A stretch of 64,000 bases of DNA from an uncultured Thermoleophilia bacterium (GTDB lineage Bacteria > Actinomycetota > Thermoleophilia > UBA2241). Positions 31,442 to 42,335 of this stretch are shown piece by piece (the stretch's first letter is position 1; every line of letters starts with the position of its first letter). The notes beneath the pieces are model-generated. The model saw nothing but the letters and a program-made list of their open reading frames with translations. It did no database searches and was not told where the DNA came from. The DNA is taken from the NCBI GenBank assembly GCA_963707335.1, contig CAVPQD010000041.1, forward strand, positions 22,681 through 86,680, given 5' to 3'. Position numbers and translations under genes: made by a program.

Positions 31442-33717
31442 GTGAAGCTCATCGTCACAGAGAAGGACTCGGCGGCGCGCAAGATCGCCGAGATCCTCGG
31501 CGGCAAGGTCGCCGTCAAGGAGCACGGCCGCGGCCGCCAGAAGGTCAAGTCGTACCACTTCACCTACGACGGCGACGACGCCGTCGCCATCGGCCTGCGC
31601 GGCCACGTCATGGAGACGGTGTTCCCCAACACGTACCGGCGCTGGAGCCTCAAGTACCTCGGCGACATGATCGAGCGAGCCGGACCTCGCCTGGGTCGTG
31701 GACGGCGGCGCCGCCGGCACGCTCGCCGCGCTGCGCACCGTCGCCAAGGGCGCCGACCGAGGTCGTCATCGCCACCGACTACGACCGCGAGGGCGAGCTC
31801 ATCGGCCACGAGGCGCTCGAGATCCTGCGCGGCGACGCGCTCAAGCGCCACCCGGACGACAAGCCGGAGAAGAAGGCGCAAGGCCGGCGCCGCCGGCCGC
31901 GCGCAAGGCCGCGGCCGCCCCGCCGGCCCGAGCCGGACAACGGCGACCCGCAGGTCAAGGCCATGCTGCCGGCGGCCGTCGTCGACCGGCACTCCGCGTG
32001 CGCTACTCGGCCCTCACGCCGGAGGAGGTCAAGGCCGCCTTCGCCAAGCCGTCCACCGTCGACTTCAACCTCGCCGAGGCGGCGCACTCGCGGCAGGACA
32101 TCGACCTCATCTGGGGCGCCGTGCTCACGCGCTTCATGTCGCTGGCCTCGTACCGCTACGGCTCGGACTACCTGTCGGTCGGGCGCGTGCAGACGCCGAC
32201 GCTGCGCCTGCGTCGTCGACCGCGAGCTCGAGCGCCGCGCCTTCGTGCCGGTGCCGTACTGGGAGATCAAGGCCGACGCTCGAGCACGACGGCGAGCCGT
32301 TCGAGGTCGCGCACGCCAAGGGCCGCTTCGACACGCTGGAGGCCATGGAGACGGCCCTGGCGCGGGCGCGCAGTCGGAGACGGCCGAGGTCACGGCCTAC
32401 AAGGCGGAGCCGCGCCAGGTACAAGCCGCCGGCGCCGTTCAACACCACGGCGCTCATGAGCGCCGCGTCCGGCGTCGGCATGACGCCGGCGCGCGCCATG
32501 CGCGCCGCCGAGTCGCTGTACCTCGACGGCCTCATCAGCTACCCGCGCACGGACAACACGGTGTACCCGCCGTCGCTCGACCTGCACGGCAGCCTGAGCG
32601 CAGCTCGCGCGGCTGGCCGCCGGTCGCCGCCACGGCGTCGCGGCTCGCCGGCCAGGACAAGCTCACGCCGACGCGCGGCAAGAAGCGCACCACCGACCAC
32701 CCGCCGATCTACCCGGTCGGCGTGCCCGAAGAAGGAGCTGAGCGGCGACCAGGCCAAGGTCTACGACCTCGTCGCGCGCCGCTTCCTCGCCACGCTGCTG
32801 CCGGCCGCCGTCGATCGAGGGCCAGCGCCTCGACGTGCGCCTCGGCAGCGAGCCGTTCCTGGCGCACGGCAGCCGCGTCGCCGACGCTCGGCTACCTCGA
32901 GGTCTACGAGAAGTACGCGGCCAAGCGCGACCGGCCGCTGCCGCCGCTGCAGCCGGGCGACACGCTCCGGTGCTCGACGTGCGCGCGGAGGCCAAGGAGA
33001 CGCAGCCGCCGGGCCGCTACGGCCAGGGCACGCTCATCGAGAAGATGGAGGAGCTCGGCCTGGGCACCAAGGCCACGCGCGCCGACATCATCCAGCACCT
33101 CTACGACCGCAACTACGTGCGCGACAACCCGGTGGAGCCCACCGAGCTCGGCGTGGCGCTCATCGCCGCCTTCGACGCCGCCATGAAGGAGGCGCCGGTC
33201 GACATCTCCTCGAGCGCAGATGACGGCGAGCTCGAGCGGCAGATGGACCGCATCAGCGAGGGCGAGCTGCGCCGCGACGAGGTCGTGCGACGAGAGCCAG
33301 GACATGCTCGAGCAGGCCTGGAAGCTGCTCGACGGCCACATCGCCGACATCCGCGACCGCATCAAGAGCGGCGTGCGCGAGGACCTCACGCTCGGCGAGT
33401 GCAAGAACTGCGGCGGCCAGCTGCGCGTGCTGCGCGGCAAGACCGGCAAGCGCTTCGCCGCCTGCGTCGGCAAGGAGGGCGAGGAGCCGCAGCAGCCGGC
33501 CGCCGAGGGCGAGCGCCCGCGGCGCGGCTGCGGCCAGACCTTCCCGCTGCCGCAGCGCGGCACCATCGTGCCCACCGGCAAGATCTGCGGCGAGTGCGGC
33601 TGGCCGGAGATCAAGGTCGTCGGCGGCGGCGGCCGCGGGCGCCCGTGGGTGCTGTGCATCGACATCGACTGCCCGAGCAAGGAGAAGTACCGCGCGCGGG
33701 CAAGGAAGGCCGCCTGA
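31442..33717 (+). CDS. topA: Type IA DNA topoisomerase with C-terminal zinc ribbons, frameshifted
   Basis: TOPRIM 'IVTEK', 'ATDYDREGE', 'SVGRVQTPTL', catalytic 'ISYPRTD', 'GLGTKATR'; Cys pairs at the C-terminus. Confidence 0.93.
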
Positions 33718-33754
33718 GCCGCCGCCGGCGGCGCACGGCGGGGGAGCGGCGGCG

Positions 33755-34423
33755 GTGAGCTCGCGCCCGGGCGTCCTCATCACGCTCGAGGGCTGCGACG
33801 GGTGCGGCAAGAGCACGCAGGCGGCCCTGCTCTGCGAGCGCCTGGCCGCCTGCGGCCTGCCGGTGGGGCCGGCGTCCGCGCCGGGCGCGGTCATCCGCGA
33901 GCCCGGCGGCACGCCCGCCGGCGAGGCCATCCGCGACGTCCTGCTGCACGGCCCGTCCACGCTGGCGCCGTGGACCGAGACGCTGCTGTACGCGGCCGCC
34001 CGCGCCGAGCTCGTCGAGCACGGTCCTGCTGCCCGAGCTCGAGGCCGGCCGCGTGCTCGTGCTCGACCGCTTCGTCGACTCGTCGCTCGCCTACCAGGGC
34101 TTCGCCCGCGGGCCTCGGCGTCGACGAGGTGCTCGCCGTCAACGAGCCCGGTCTGCAGCGGCGTGCTGCCCGACGTCACGCTCGTCCTCGACGTCGACCC
34201 GGTCGTCGGCCTCGCGCGCGCCGGCGGCGACGCCGACCGCATCGAGGCGGAGGGCCTCGAGTTCCAGCAGCGCGTGGCGGCCGGCTTCGCCGCGCTCGCC
34301 CGCCGCTTCCCCGAGCGCGTCCGCCTCGTCGACGGCTTCCGCGACGTCGAGCTCGTCGCCGCCGACGTGGAGGCGGCCGCTCTCGAGGCCATCGCCGACG
34401 CCGGCCTGCGGCTCGGCGTCTGA
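33755..34423 (+). CDS. tmk: Thymidylate kinase, frameshifted
   Basis: 'ITLEGCDGCGKSTQ', 'REPGGT', 'DRFVDSSLAYQG', 'DRIEAE'. Confidence 0.95.
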   Translation: MSSRPGVLITLEGCDGCGKSTQAALLCERLAACGLPVGPASAPGAVIREPGGTPAGEAIRDVLLHGPSTLAPWTETLLYAAARAELVEHGPAARARGRPRARARPLRRLVARLPGLRPRASASTRCSPSTSPVCSGVLPDVTLVLDVDPVVGLARAGGDADRIEAEGLEFQQRVAAGFAALARRFPERVRLVDGFRDVELVAADVEAAALEAIADAGLRLGV

Positions 34424-34432
34424 GGCGGCGGC

Positions 34433-35582
34433 ATGTTCGCCGGCATCCCCGGCCAGCAGCCCGCGAAGGAGCTCTTCGCCCGCGCCCTGCGCGACGGCAC
34501 GCTCGAGCCACGCCTACCTGCTCGCCGGCCCGGAGGGTCTCGCCAAGACGGCCTTCGCGCGCGAGCTGGCGATCGCGCTCGTCGCCTCCTGCGGTGGGTG
34601 CGGCCAGTGCGCCGAGTGCGATCGGGCGCGCCGCGGCGTGCACCCCGACCTGCACGTGCTCGAGCGCGAGGGCGACCTCATCCGCATCGAGCAGATCGAG
34701 CCGATCGTCGAGGAGCTCAGCCTCAAGCCGTTCGCCGCGGCGCGCCGGGTCTGGGTCATCCCCGAGGTCGAGTACCTGCACACCGGCGGCCGCCAACAAG
34801 CTGCTCAAGAGCATCGAGGAGCCGCCGTCGCTACGTGTCTTCCTGCTCGTCACCGACCGCCTCGAGCGTGTCCTGCCGACGATCGTCTCCCGCTGCCAGG
34901 TCGTCGAGTTCCGGCCGCTGAGCGACGACGGAGGTGCTCGCCTACCTCGAGCGCGAGTTCGGCCTCGACGGGCGCGCAGGGCCGAGGCGCTGGCGCGCCT
35001 GTCGCTCGGCTCGGTCGAGCGGGCCGCGCGACTCGCCGAGGACGCCGCCGGCCCCGGCCGCCGCGAGGCAGTACCTGCGGCACGTCGCGGAGCGCGCTCC
35101 CGGCGCGCGCCCGACCGAGGTCCGGCGCCGGGCGCGCGCCTTCGTCGACGTGCTCGAGCGCCAGCAGGCGCGAGATCACGGACGAGCTCGCGGCGCGACC
35201 TCGCGCGCGCGCCGCGCCGAGCTGGAGCGACAGTTCCAGGACAAGCGGACCTGGAGCCTGGTACGTGAAGCGCGCCGAGGCGCGCGCCAAGCGCGAGGAG
35301 GCGCGCCGCCGACGGCTGGCCGCGCAGGACGCGCTCGACGCTGCTCGTCGTCGTGGGTGCGCGACCTCTGGGTGGTCGCCTGCGGGGCATCCGATGTACT
35401 CTGGAACTGCGACCACGGCGACGAGCTCGTCGCGGCGGTCGTCGCGACGCCGGAGCACTACGCGCCGTCTCCTCGAGCGTCGCCGGCGGCGACGCGCAAG
35501 GACCTGTATCTCAACATCGACCAGAAGCTCGCGTTGCAGGCGATGTTCGCGCGCTTCGAGGAGGTCGCCGACGAGTGCCTAG
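34433..35582 (+). CDS. holB: DNA polymerase III subunit delta', frameshifted
   Basis: 'HAYLLAGPEG', Zn motif CGGCGQCAEC, 'HPDL', 'AANKLLKSIEEPP', 'LPTIVSRCQ'; follows tmk. Confidence 0.9.
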
Positions 35583-36388
35583 GATCGCGAGCGTCGTGTT
35601 CCGCGGCGGCGGCAAGGTCTACCAGTTCGACGCCGGCGCCCTCGAGCTGGCTCCCGGCGACCGGCGTCGTCGTCGACACCACGCGCGGCGCCGACTTCGG
35701 CCGGCTCGTCAAGGGCCCCGACGAGGTCGCCGCCGCCGACGCGCCGCGCGGCGTCAAGAAGATCCTGCGCAAGGCCACGGCCGGCGACCTCGACGCCGTC
35801 GCCTCGCATCGCAGCGCCGAGCTCGAGGCCAAGGCGCGCCTGCCGCGAGCTCGTCGCCGAGCTCGAGCCTCGACATGAAGGTCGTCGAGGCGCGACAGGC
35901 GTTCGAGGGCGGCAAGCTCACCATCACGTTCTTCGCCGAGGAGCGCATCGACTTCCGCGAGCTGCGTGGGCAAGCTCAACGACCGCCTCAGGCGCCGCGT
36001 CGAGCTCAAGCAGGTGAGCGCCCGCGACGAGTCGCGCATCGTCGGCGGCTACGGCCCCTGCGGCCGCAGTCTCTGCTGCGCCACCTTCGCCGGCGACCAG
36101 GAGCCCGTCTCCATCCGCATGGCCAAGGACCAGAACCTGCCGCTCAACCCCACCAAGATCTCGGGGTGCTGCGGCCGGCTCATGTGCTGTCTCAAGTACG
36201 AGCACCAGGTGTACGTGTCGTTCCGCAAGCGGGCGCCCAAGCGCGGCGCGATTATCCCGACTCCGGCGGGGGAAGGAAAGGTCATCGAACTGCTCGCGCC
36301 GGTCGACAGCGTCACCGTCGACTCGGCGAAGGGCGTTCGGCGACCTACAAGCTCGCCGAGCTCGGCGTCGGCCGCGGAGAAGGAGTGA
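35575..36388 (+). CDS. ricT: PSP1-domain protein (RicT/YaaT-like), frameshifted
   Basis: 'ERIDFREL', 'GGYGPCGRSLCC', 'SIRMAKDQNLPLNPTKISGCCGRLMCCLKYE'. Confidence 0.9.
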
Positions 36389-36390
36389 GG

Positions 36391-36623
36391 ATGGCAGAGA
36401 CGCACGCGGTTCTCAACGTCCCGAGCGTGTCCTGCAACCACTGCAAGATGGCCATCGAGAGCGCCGTCGGCGCTCTCGCCGGCGTCGGCAGGTCGACGTC
36501 GACATCGCCGACAAGAGCGTGACCGTCGACTTCGACGCCGCCGACGTCTCCCTGGAGACGATCGAGGCGACCGTGCAGGACGAGGGCTACGAGGTCGCCG
36601 GGCACCACGTCTTCGGCGAGTGA
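36391..36623 (+). CDS. copZ: Copper chaperone CopZ-like HMA protein, frameshifted
   Basis: 'VPSVSCNHCKMAIE...GYEV'. Confidence 0.85.
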
Positions 36624-36640
36624 CGGAGGGCGCGACGCGT

Positions 36641-36670
36641 TTGGCAAGACCGCGGCCCGGCTGGTACCAT
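36641..36670 (+). promoter_or_regulatory. Putative sigma70-type promoter of tRNA-Lys
   Basis: TTGGCA-N18-TACCAT just upstream of the tRNA. Confidence 0.45.
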
Positions 36671-36687
36671 TCGCCTCGCCGCGTCGT

Positions 36688-36763
36688 GGGCCGTTAGCTT
36701 AGTTGGTAGAGCAGGGGACTCTTAATCCCAAGGTCGAAGGTTCGAATCCTTCACGGCCCACCA
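36688..36763 (+). tRNA. tRNA-Lys (CUU)
   Basis: GGGCCGTTAGCTTAGTTGGTAGAGCA-GGGGA-CTCTTAA-TCCC, GGTTCGAATCC, CCA end. Confidence 0.96.
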
Positions 36764-36827
36764 CACCGCGCCGACGCCCCACATTCAGTTGCCGCTCCTT
36801 TCCGCGCTCTGCTATCGTTCTTTGGAT

Positions 36828-37681
36828 ATGCTCACCGCTCGTGACGTCCACCTGACGGGAGGTACAGGCAACGTGAACTCGCACCTCAGGCCGCGCATCG
36901 GTCGCCTTCTCAACGAGGCCAGATTCGTCGTCCGTCCCCAGGAACGCCGAAGACGTCCTGCGGCAGGGCCTCCTCATGCTCATGATGTACGCCGCCTACG
37001 ACATCTCGCGGGCCTGGGCTTACGTGCAGGGCCGCGAGGCCGTGGCGCACGACCAACGGCATGTTCTTCATGAACCTCGAGAAGGCCGCTGGGCATCTGG
37101 TGGGAGCCCTGGATCCAGGCCCGCGTCAGCTCCGTGGACCGGATCATGAGGCTCGTTCGTTTGGCTGTACCAGGACGTCCACCTGCCGGTCATCATCGCG
37201 ACGCTCATGCTGTGGGTCTTCAGCAGCGACGCAGCTCGTGGCCCCTTGTCCGCAACTGGTTCCTCGCCATGAACTTCATGGCGGTCATCGTCTTCGCCCT
37301 GCTGCCCACGACGCCGCCGCGCATGATCTTCACCTCGGGCGTCGCCGACATCAACTACCTGTTCGGGGCGCGCTCGCAGATCCTCGAGAACGGCGTGCTG
37401 GCCAACCCGTTCGCCGCCATGCCGAGTCTGCACTTCGCCTACGCGCTGTTCGTGGCCGTGGTCGTCTGCATGCTTGCCCGGCAGCGCTGGCTGCGCGGGC
37501 TCGGGCTTCGTCTACCCGGTGCTCGTGCTTCGTGTCGATCATCGCGACCGGCAACCACTTCATCATCGACGCGGTCGGCGGCGCGCTCGTGGTGCTCGCC
37601 GCCTGCGTGTTCGCCATCAACCTGCAGCCGCACGAGGCGCCGGAGTCGTCGGCCGTCACCGTCCGCGAGCGCGACGGCTGA
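36828..37681 (+). CDS. PAP2-superfamily membrane protein, AUR1/inositol phosphorylceramide synthase-like, frameshifted
   Basis: 'LPTTPPR', 'NPFAAMPSLHFAYA', 'IIATGNHFIIDAVGG'; multiple TM; start approximate. Confidence 0.85.
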
Positions 37682-37682
37682 C

Positions 37683-38317
37683 GTGGCGAACCTCAAGACG
37701 CGCTACACCGACGGCGCCCGGCGCGGCTTCTTCAAGGTCGGCATCGTGCTCGCGCGGCGCGGCATGTCACGGCCGACATGCTCACCTATCGTCGGCCTGC
37801 TGCTGCAGGTCGTCGCGGTGCCGCTCATCCTCACCGGCCACTTCGTCTGGGCGGCGGCGATCTTCGGCGTCGCCGCGATCTGCGACGCGCTCGACGGCGC
37901 CGTGGCCCGCGCCGGCGCCGGCGCCACGCAAGGCCGGCGCCTTCCTCGACTCCACCACCGACCGCATCTCGGAGCTGCTCGTGTTCGGCGCGCTCGCCGT
38001 GTACATGGCGCGCCAGGACCGCTGGTGGAGAGCGCGGCGCGTGCTCGTGGTCATGGGCGCGGGCCAGCTGGTCTCCTACACCCGCGCCCGCGCCGAGTCG
38101 CTCGGCGTGGACTGCAAGGTCGGCCTCATGTCCCGGCCCGAGCGCATCGTCGTGCTCGGCGTCGGCTTCCTCTTCTCCGGCTGGCACCTGGGCGACGTGA
38201 GCGTGCTCATCATGGCTGTCTGGGTGCTCGCGATCGCTCACCCCCCTCACCGTGGTGCACCGCATGGTCCACGTGCTGCGCAAGCTCCGCGCCGAGGGCC
38301 CGGCGGGTCCCGCCTGA
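37683..38317 (+). CDS. pgsA: CDP-alcohol phosphatidyltransferase (phosphatidylinositol-phosphate synthase-like), frameshifted
   Basis: 'CDALDGAVAR...GAFLDSTTDRISE', 'VSYTRARAESLG...VGLMSRPER'; next to ino1. Confidence 0.85.
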
Positions 38318-38488
38318 GGGCCCGTCTCTCGCGTTCCGGGGGCCTCGGCCGGGGCGCCCGGCCGGGAGACCCCCGTGTGATATACTCTCGCGCGTTGTCG
38401 TGCGCCCGGCCATGGCCATTTCGCGCGCCAGCCCGGCCACCCATCAAGGCGGCCGCGGGGCAGCCGCGCTCATGGAGGTAGACCGATC

Positions 38489-39596
38489 TTGGGCAATCCA
38501 GTACGCGTTGCGATCATCGGCGTCGGCAACTGCGCCTCGTCGTTCGTGCAGGGCGTGGAGTTCTACAAGAACGCGAAGAAGACCGACTTCGTGCCCGGCC
38601 TCATGCATCCCGTGGTCGGCGGCTACCACATCCGCGACATCGAGTTCGTGGCCGCCATCGACATCGACAAGAACAAGGTGGGCAAGGACCTGAGCGAGGC
38701 CATCTTCACCAAGCCCAACAACACGGTGAAGTTCTGCGACGTGCCCAACAAGGGCGTCAAGGTCGCGCGCGGCATGACGCACGACGGCCTCGGCAAGTAC
38801 CTCTCGCAGATCATCGAGAAGGCGCCCGGCCCCACCGCCGACATCGTCGGCATCCTCAAGGAGACGCAGGCCGACGTGGTGGTCAACTACCTGCCGGTGG
38901 GCAGCGAGGAGGCCACCAAGTGGTACGCCGAGCAGATCCTCACCGCCGGCTGCGCCATGGTGAACTGCATCCCCGTGTTCATCGCCCGTGAGCCCTACTG
39001 GCAGAAGCGCTTCGTCGAGGCCGGCGTGCCCGATCATCGGCGACGACATCAAGAGCCAGGTCGGCGCCACCATCGTGCACCGCGTGCTCACGCGCCTCAT
39101 GCGCGAGCGCGGCGTGCAAGCTCGAGCGCACCAGCCAGCTCAACGTGGGCGGCAACACCGACTTCCTCAACATGCTCGAGCGCGAGCGCCTGGAGACCAA
39201 GAAGATCAGCAAGACCAACGCCGTCACCAGCCAGCTGGACTACGACATGGGCGCCAAGAACGTGCACATCGGCCCCAGCGACTACGTGGAGTGGCTCGAC
39301 GACCGCAAGTGGGCCTACATCCGCATGGAGGGCCGCACCTTCGGCGACGTGCCGCTCAACATCGAGCTCAAGCTCGAGGTCGTGGACTCGCCCAACTCGG
39401 CCGGCATCGTCATCGACGCGGTGCGCTGCGCCAAGATCGGTCTCGACCGCGGCCTCGCCGGCTCGCTCGAGGGCCCGAGCAGCTACTTCATGAAGTCGCC
39501 GCCGGTGCAGCATCCGGACGACGTCAGTGCCGTCACATGACGGAGGAGTTCATCGCCGGCGAGGGCCCCGGGGCCAGCGCCGTCTGCCAGGGCTGA
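38489..39596 (+). CDS. ino1: myo-inositol-1-phosphate synthase, frameshifted
   Basis: '[12 protein letters not shown]', '[13 protein letters not shown]', '[10 protein letters not shown]', 'DSPNSAG', 'SYFMKSPP'. Confidence 0.96.
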
Positions 39597-39619
39597 ACCC
39601 GGGGCGCCAGAGACAGGGC

Positions 39620-39665
39620 TCGGACGGGCCGGGGTCGCGCGGGACGCGCGGCCCCGGCCCGTCCG
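39620..39665 (+). terminator. Stem-loop after ino1
   Basis: CGGACGGGCCGGGGTCGCGCG...CGCGCGGCCCCGGCCCGTCCG. Confidence 0.55.
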
Positions 39666-39719
39666 CTTCCGTCATCGGCCGCGCATCGTCCGCCACGCCC
39701 GTGGGGTAGCATTGTCGCC

Positions 39720-41631
39720 ATGAGCCGCGCCATCGGGATCCTCACGCCGTTCCTGTGGACGACGCCGTCGGGCGTGAACCGCCAGGTGGCGTCGCTCGTC
39801 GAACGGCTCACGGCCGCACGGCCATCGCGTGACCGTCATCGCGCCGAGCGACGACCGGCCCGCGGTCGAGGAGGCCGGCCGCCGCGTGCAGGCGGTGCTC
39901 ACCGGCGAGCGAGAGACGGTGTTCCTGCCGCGACGAGCCGTTCCCGCGCTTCTTCTTCGCCGGCGCCACCTACGGGGTGCGCCACAGCAGCGCGACCAAG
40001 CTCATCGCCGCCCCGGCGGACCTGATCGCCAACATCGACGTGCTGCTCGAGGCGGAGCAGTTCGACCTGCTGCACCTGCACGAACCGTTCGTGCCCGGGC
40101 TCGGCTGGACCGCCCTGCGCCACGCCGGCTGCCCGCTGGTGGCCACCTTCTACGCCAATCCCGAGCGCCTGCGCGCCGTTCTGGGCCAGCGGCCCCCGCC
40201 TGCAGCGCCTGTTCGACTCGCTGGACGCCGCCATCGCCTCGTCCGCGGGCGGCGCGCGACGCCGCGGCGGCCACGTTCCCCGGCGCCTACCGCGTCATCC
40301 CGCCCGGCGTCGATCTGGAGCTCTTCCGGCCGGGCGACGACGGCGAGCCCGGCCCGCTCCGCCTGCTGTTCGCGGGCGCCGACTCGCGGCGCAAGGGGCT
40401 CGGCGTGCTCCTGCGCAGCCTTCGCTTCCTCGAGGACCGCGCCGCCGAGCTGCGCGTGGACGTCTGCGGCGCCGCGACCGCAGGAGCGGCGCTACGCCCG
40501 GCTGGTGCCGCCGGCGTTCGCCGGCGGCGTGACCTTCCACGGCCGCGTGTCCAGCGAGGCGGTCCCCGCGCTGTTCCGCCGCGCCGACGTGTACTGCGCG
40601 CCGTCGCTCGGCCCGGAGAGCGCGGCGTTGGGGCTCCTCGAGGCGCTGGCCAGCGGCACGCCCGTCGTCGCGTCGCGGCTGCCCGGCTACGACGAGGTGA
40701 TCCGCGACCAGGTGGACGGACTGCTGGTGCCGCCGCGCGACCCGCGCGCCCTCGCCGCGGCCATCCGTGCGCTGCTCGGACGACGACGACCTGCGGCGGC
40801 GCCTGGCGCATGACGGCCTGCACCGGGCCCGCCGGTACGACTGGGAACGCGTCAGCACCGAGATCGAGGCGGTGTACGAGGAGGTGGCCGGGCGGCGGCG
40901 CTCGCTGCCGCGCCGCCGCCGCCAGCAGCGCGAGCTGTTCGCCGACTTCCACGTGCACTCGCATCACAGCAAGGACTGCGTGATGCCGGTGCCCGACATC
41001 CTCGAGCGCGCCCGCGAGGTCGGGCTCGACGTGGTCGCCATCACCGACCACGACAGCGCCGCCGGCGGCCTGGAGGCGCGCGAGCTCGCCGATCGCTACG
41101 GCGTGCGCGTCATCGTCGGCGAGGAGGTCAAGACCAGCGAGGGCGAGGTCATCGGCCTCTTCCTGGAGCAGCACGATCCCCGGCGGCATGACCTTCGCCG
41201 AGACGGTCGCCGCCATCAAGGACCAGGGCGGCATCGTCTACGTGCCGCACCCGTTCGACCGGCTGCACACGATCCCCAGCCCCCAGGTGCTGCGCGCCAA
41301 CGTCGCCGACATCGACGTCGTCGAGGTCTTCAACTCGCGGCTCGCGTTTCCCGGCTTCAACGAGCTGGCCGAGCGCTTCGCGCAGCGCTATCGCATCCCC
41401 GCGGCGGCGGGCAGCGACGCCCACGTGCTGCCCGGGATCGGCACGGCGCTGTGCGGCATCGACGACTTCAACGGGCCCGGACGACTTCGTCGAGGCCCTC
41501 GCCGAGAGCCGCATCGTGCGCCGCCCGCGCAGTCTCATCTACCTGCAGTCGCTCAAGTTCATCCAGACCAGCCTGACGCCATCGGGCAAGGACGTCGGGG
41601 CAGGACGATACTCCTGCATAGCGCACGGTAA
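39720..41631 (+). CDS. GT4 (PimA-like) glycosyltransferase fused to a C-terminal PHP domain, frameshifted
   Basis: GT4: 'SGVNRQV', 'DLLHLHEP', 'RKG', 'APSLGPES...LLEALASGTPVV'; then 'YDWERV' runs in frame into PHP 'DFHVHSHHSKD', 'ITDHD', 'GEEV', 'PHPF', 'GSDAH'; end approximate. Confidence 0.85.
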
Positions 41632-41725
41632 TCGCGCGAACGTGCCGTCAGGTGGCGGCGCCCGCGAGGAATTCCGCCGGGGCGACGCGAACTACCTAGC
41701 GACCACCCCCGACCAGAGGTACCGC

Positions 41726-42330
41726 GTGGCACAACCCAACGAGATCTACGACAAGTACCTGACCCGGGCGATCTCGGAGATCAACGAGCTGACCGGCGAG
41801 ATCCTCCGGTGCTCGCAGGTGCAGTCACGCGCGCACCATGCCGGTGATCGGCTCGGGCCACCCCATGGCCGACATCTTCCTGCTCAAGTACCAGGCGCGG
41901 CCCTCCGAGCTGCACGAGGGCGTCGCCTTCTTCGGCCGCGCCGGCACGGCGCTCATGAAGAGCTGCCAGCGCCTCAAGATCGACCCGCTGCAGCTCTACG
42001 GCACGAACGTGGTCAAGTGCGGCGACGTCCGTGAGGCGCAGCCGGAGGCCAAGTGCCTCGAGCACCTGCGCCGCGAGCTGGCCATCGTCGATCCCAAGAT
42101 CATCGTCGCGATGGGGGAGGAGACGGTCGCCGCGCTCAACGACGGCCAAGGTGCCGCTGGCCCGCCGCATCGACTACACGCCCGGCGAGATCGTCGAGTT
42201 CACGCCGGGCACCGAGGTGCTCGTCACCCCGGACATCGACGCCTCGCTGGACGAGCAGCGGCTCAAGGCGGCGTTCTGGAACGCCTTCCGCCGTCTCGGC
42301 GAGTGGTACGACACCATCCCGCCGTACTGA
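41726..42330 (+). CDS. Uracil-DNA glycosylase-fold protein (family 4/5-like, degenerate motifs), frameshifted
   Basis: 'PVIGSG', 'FFGRAG', 'TNVVKC', 'CLEHLRRELAIVDPKIIVAMG'. Confidence 0.7.
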
Positions 42331-42335
42331 GCCCC

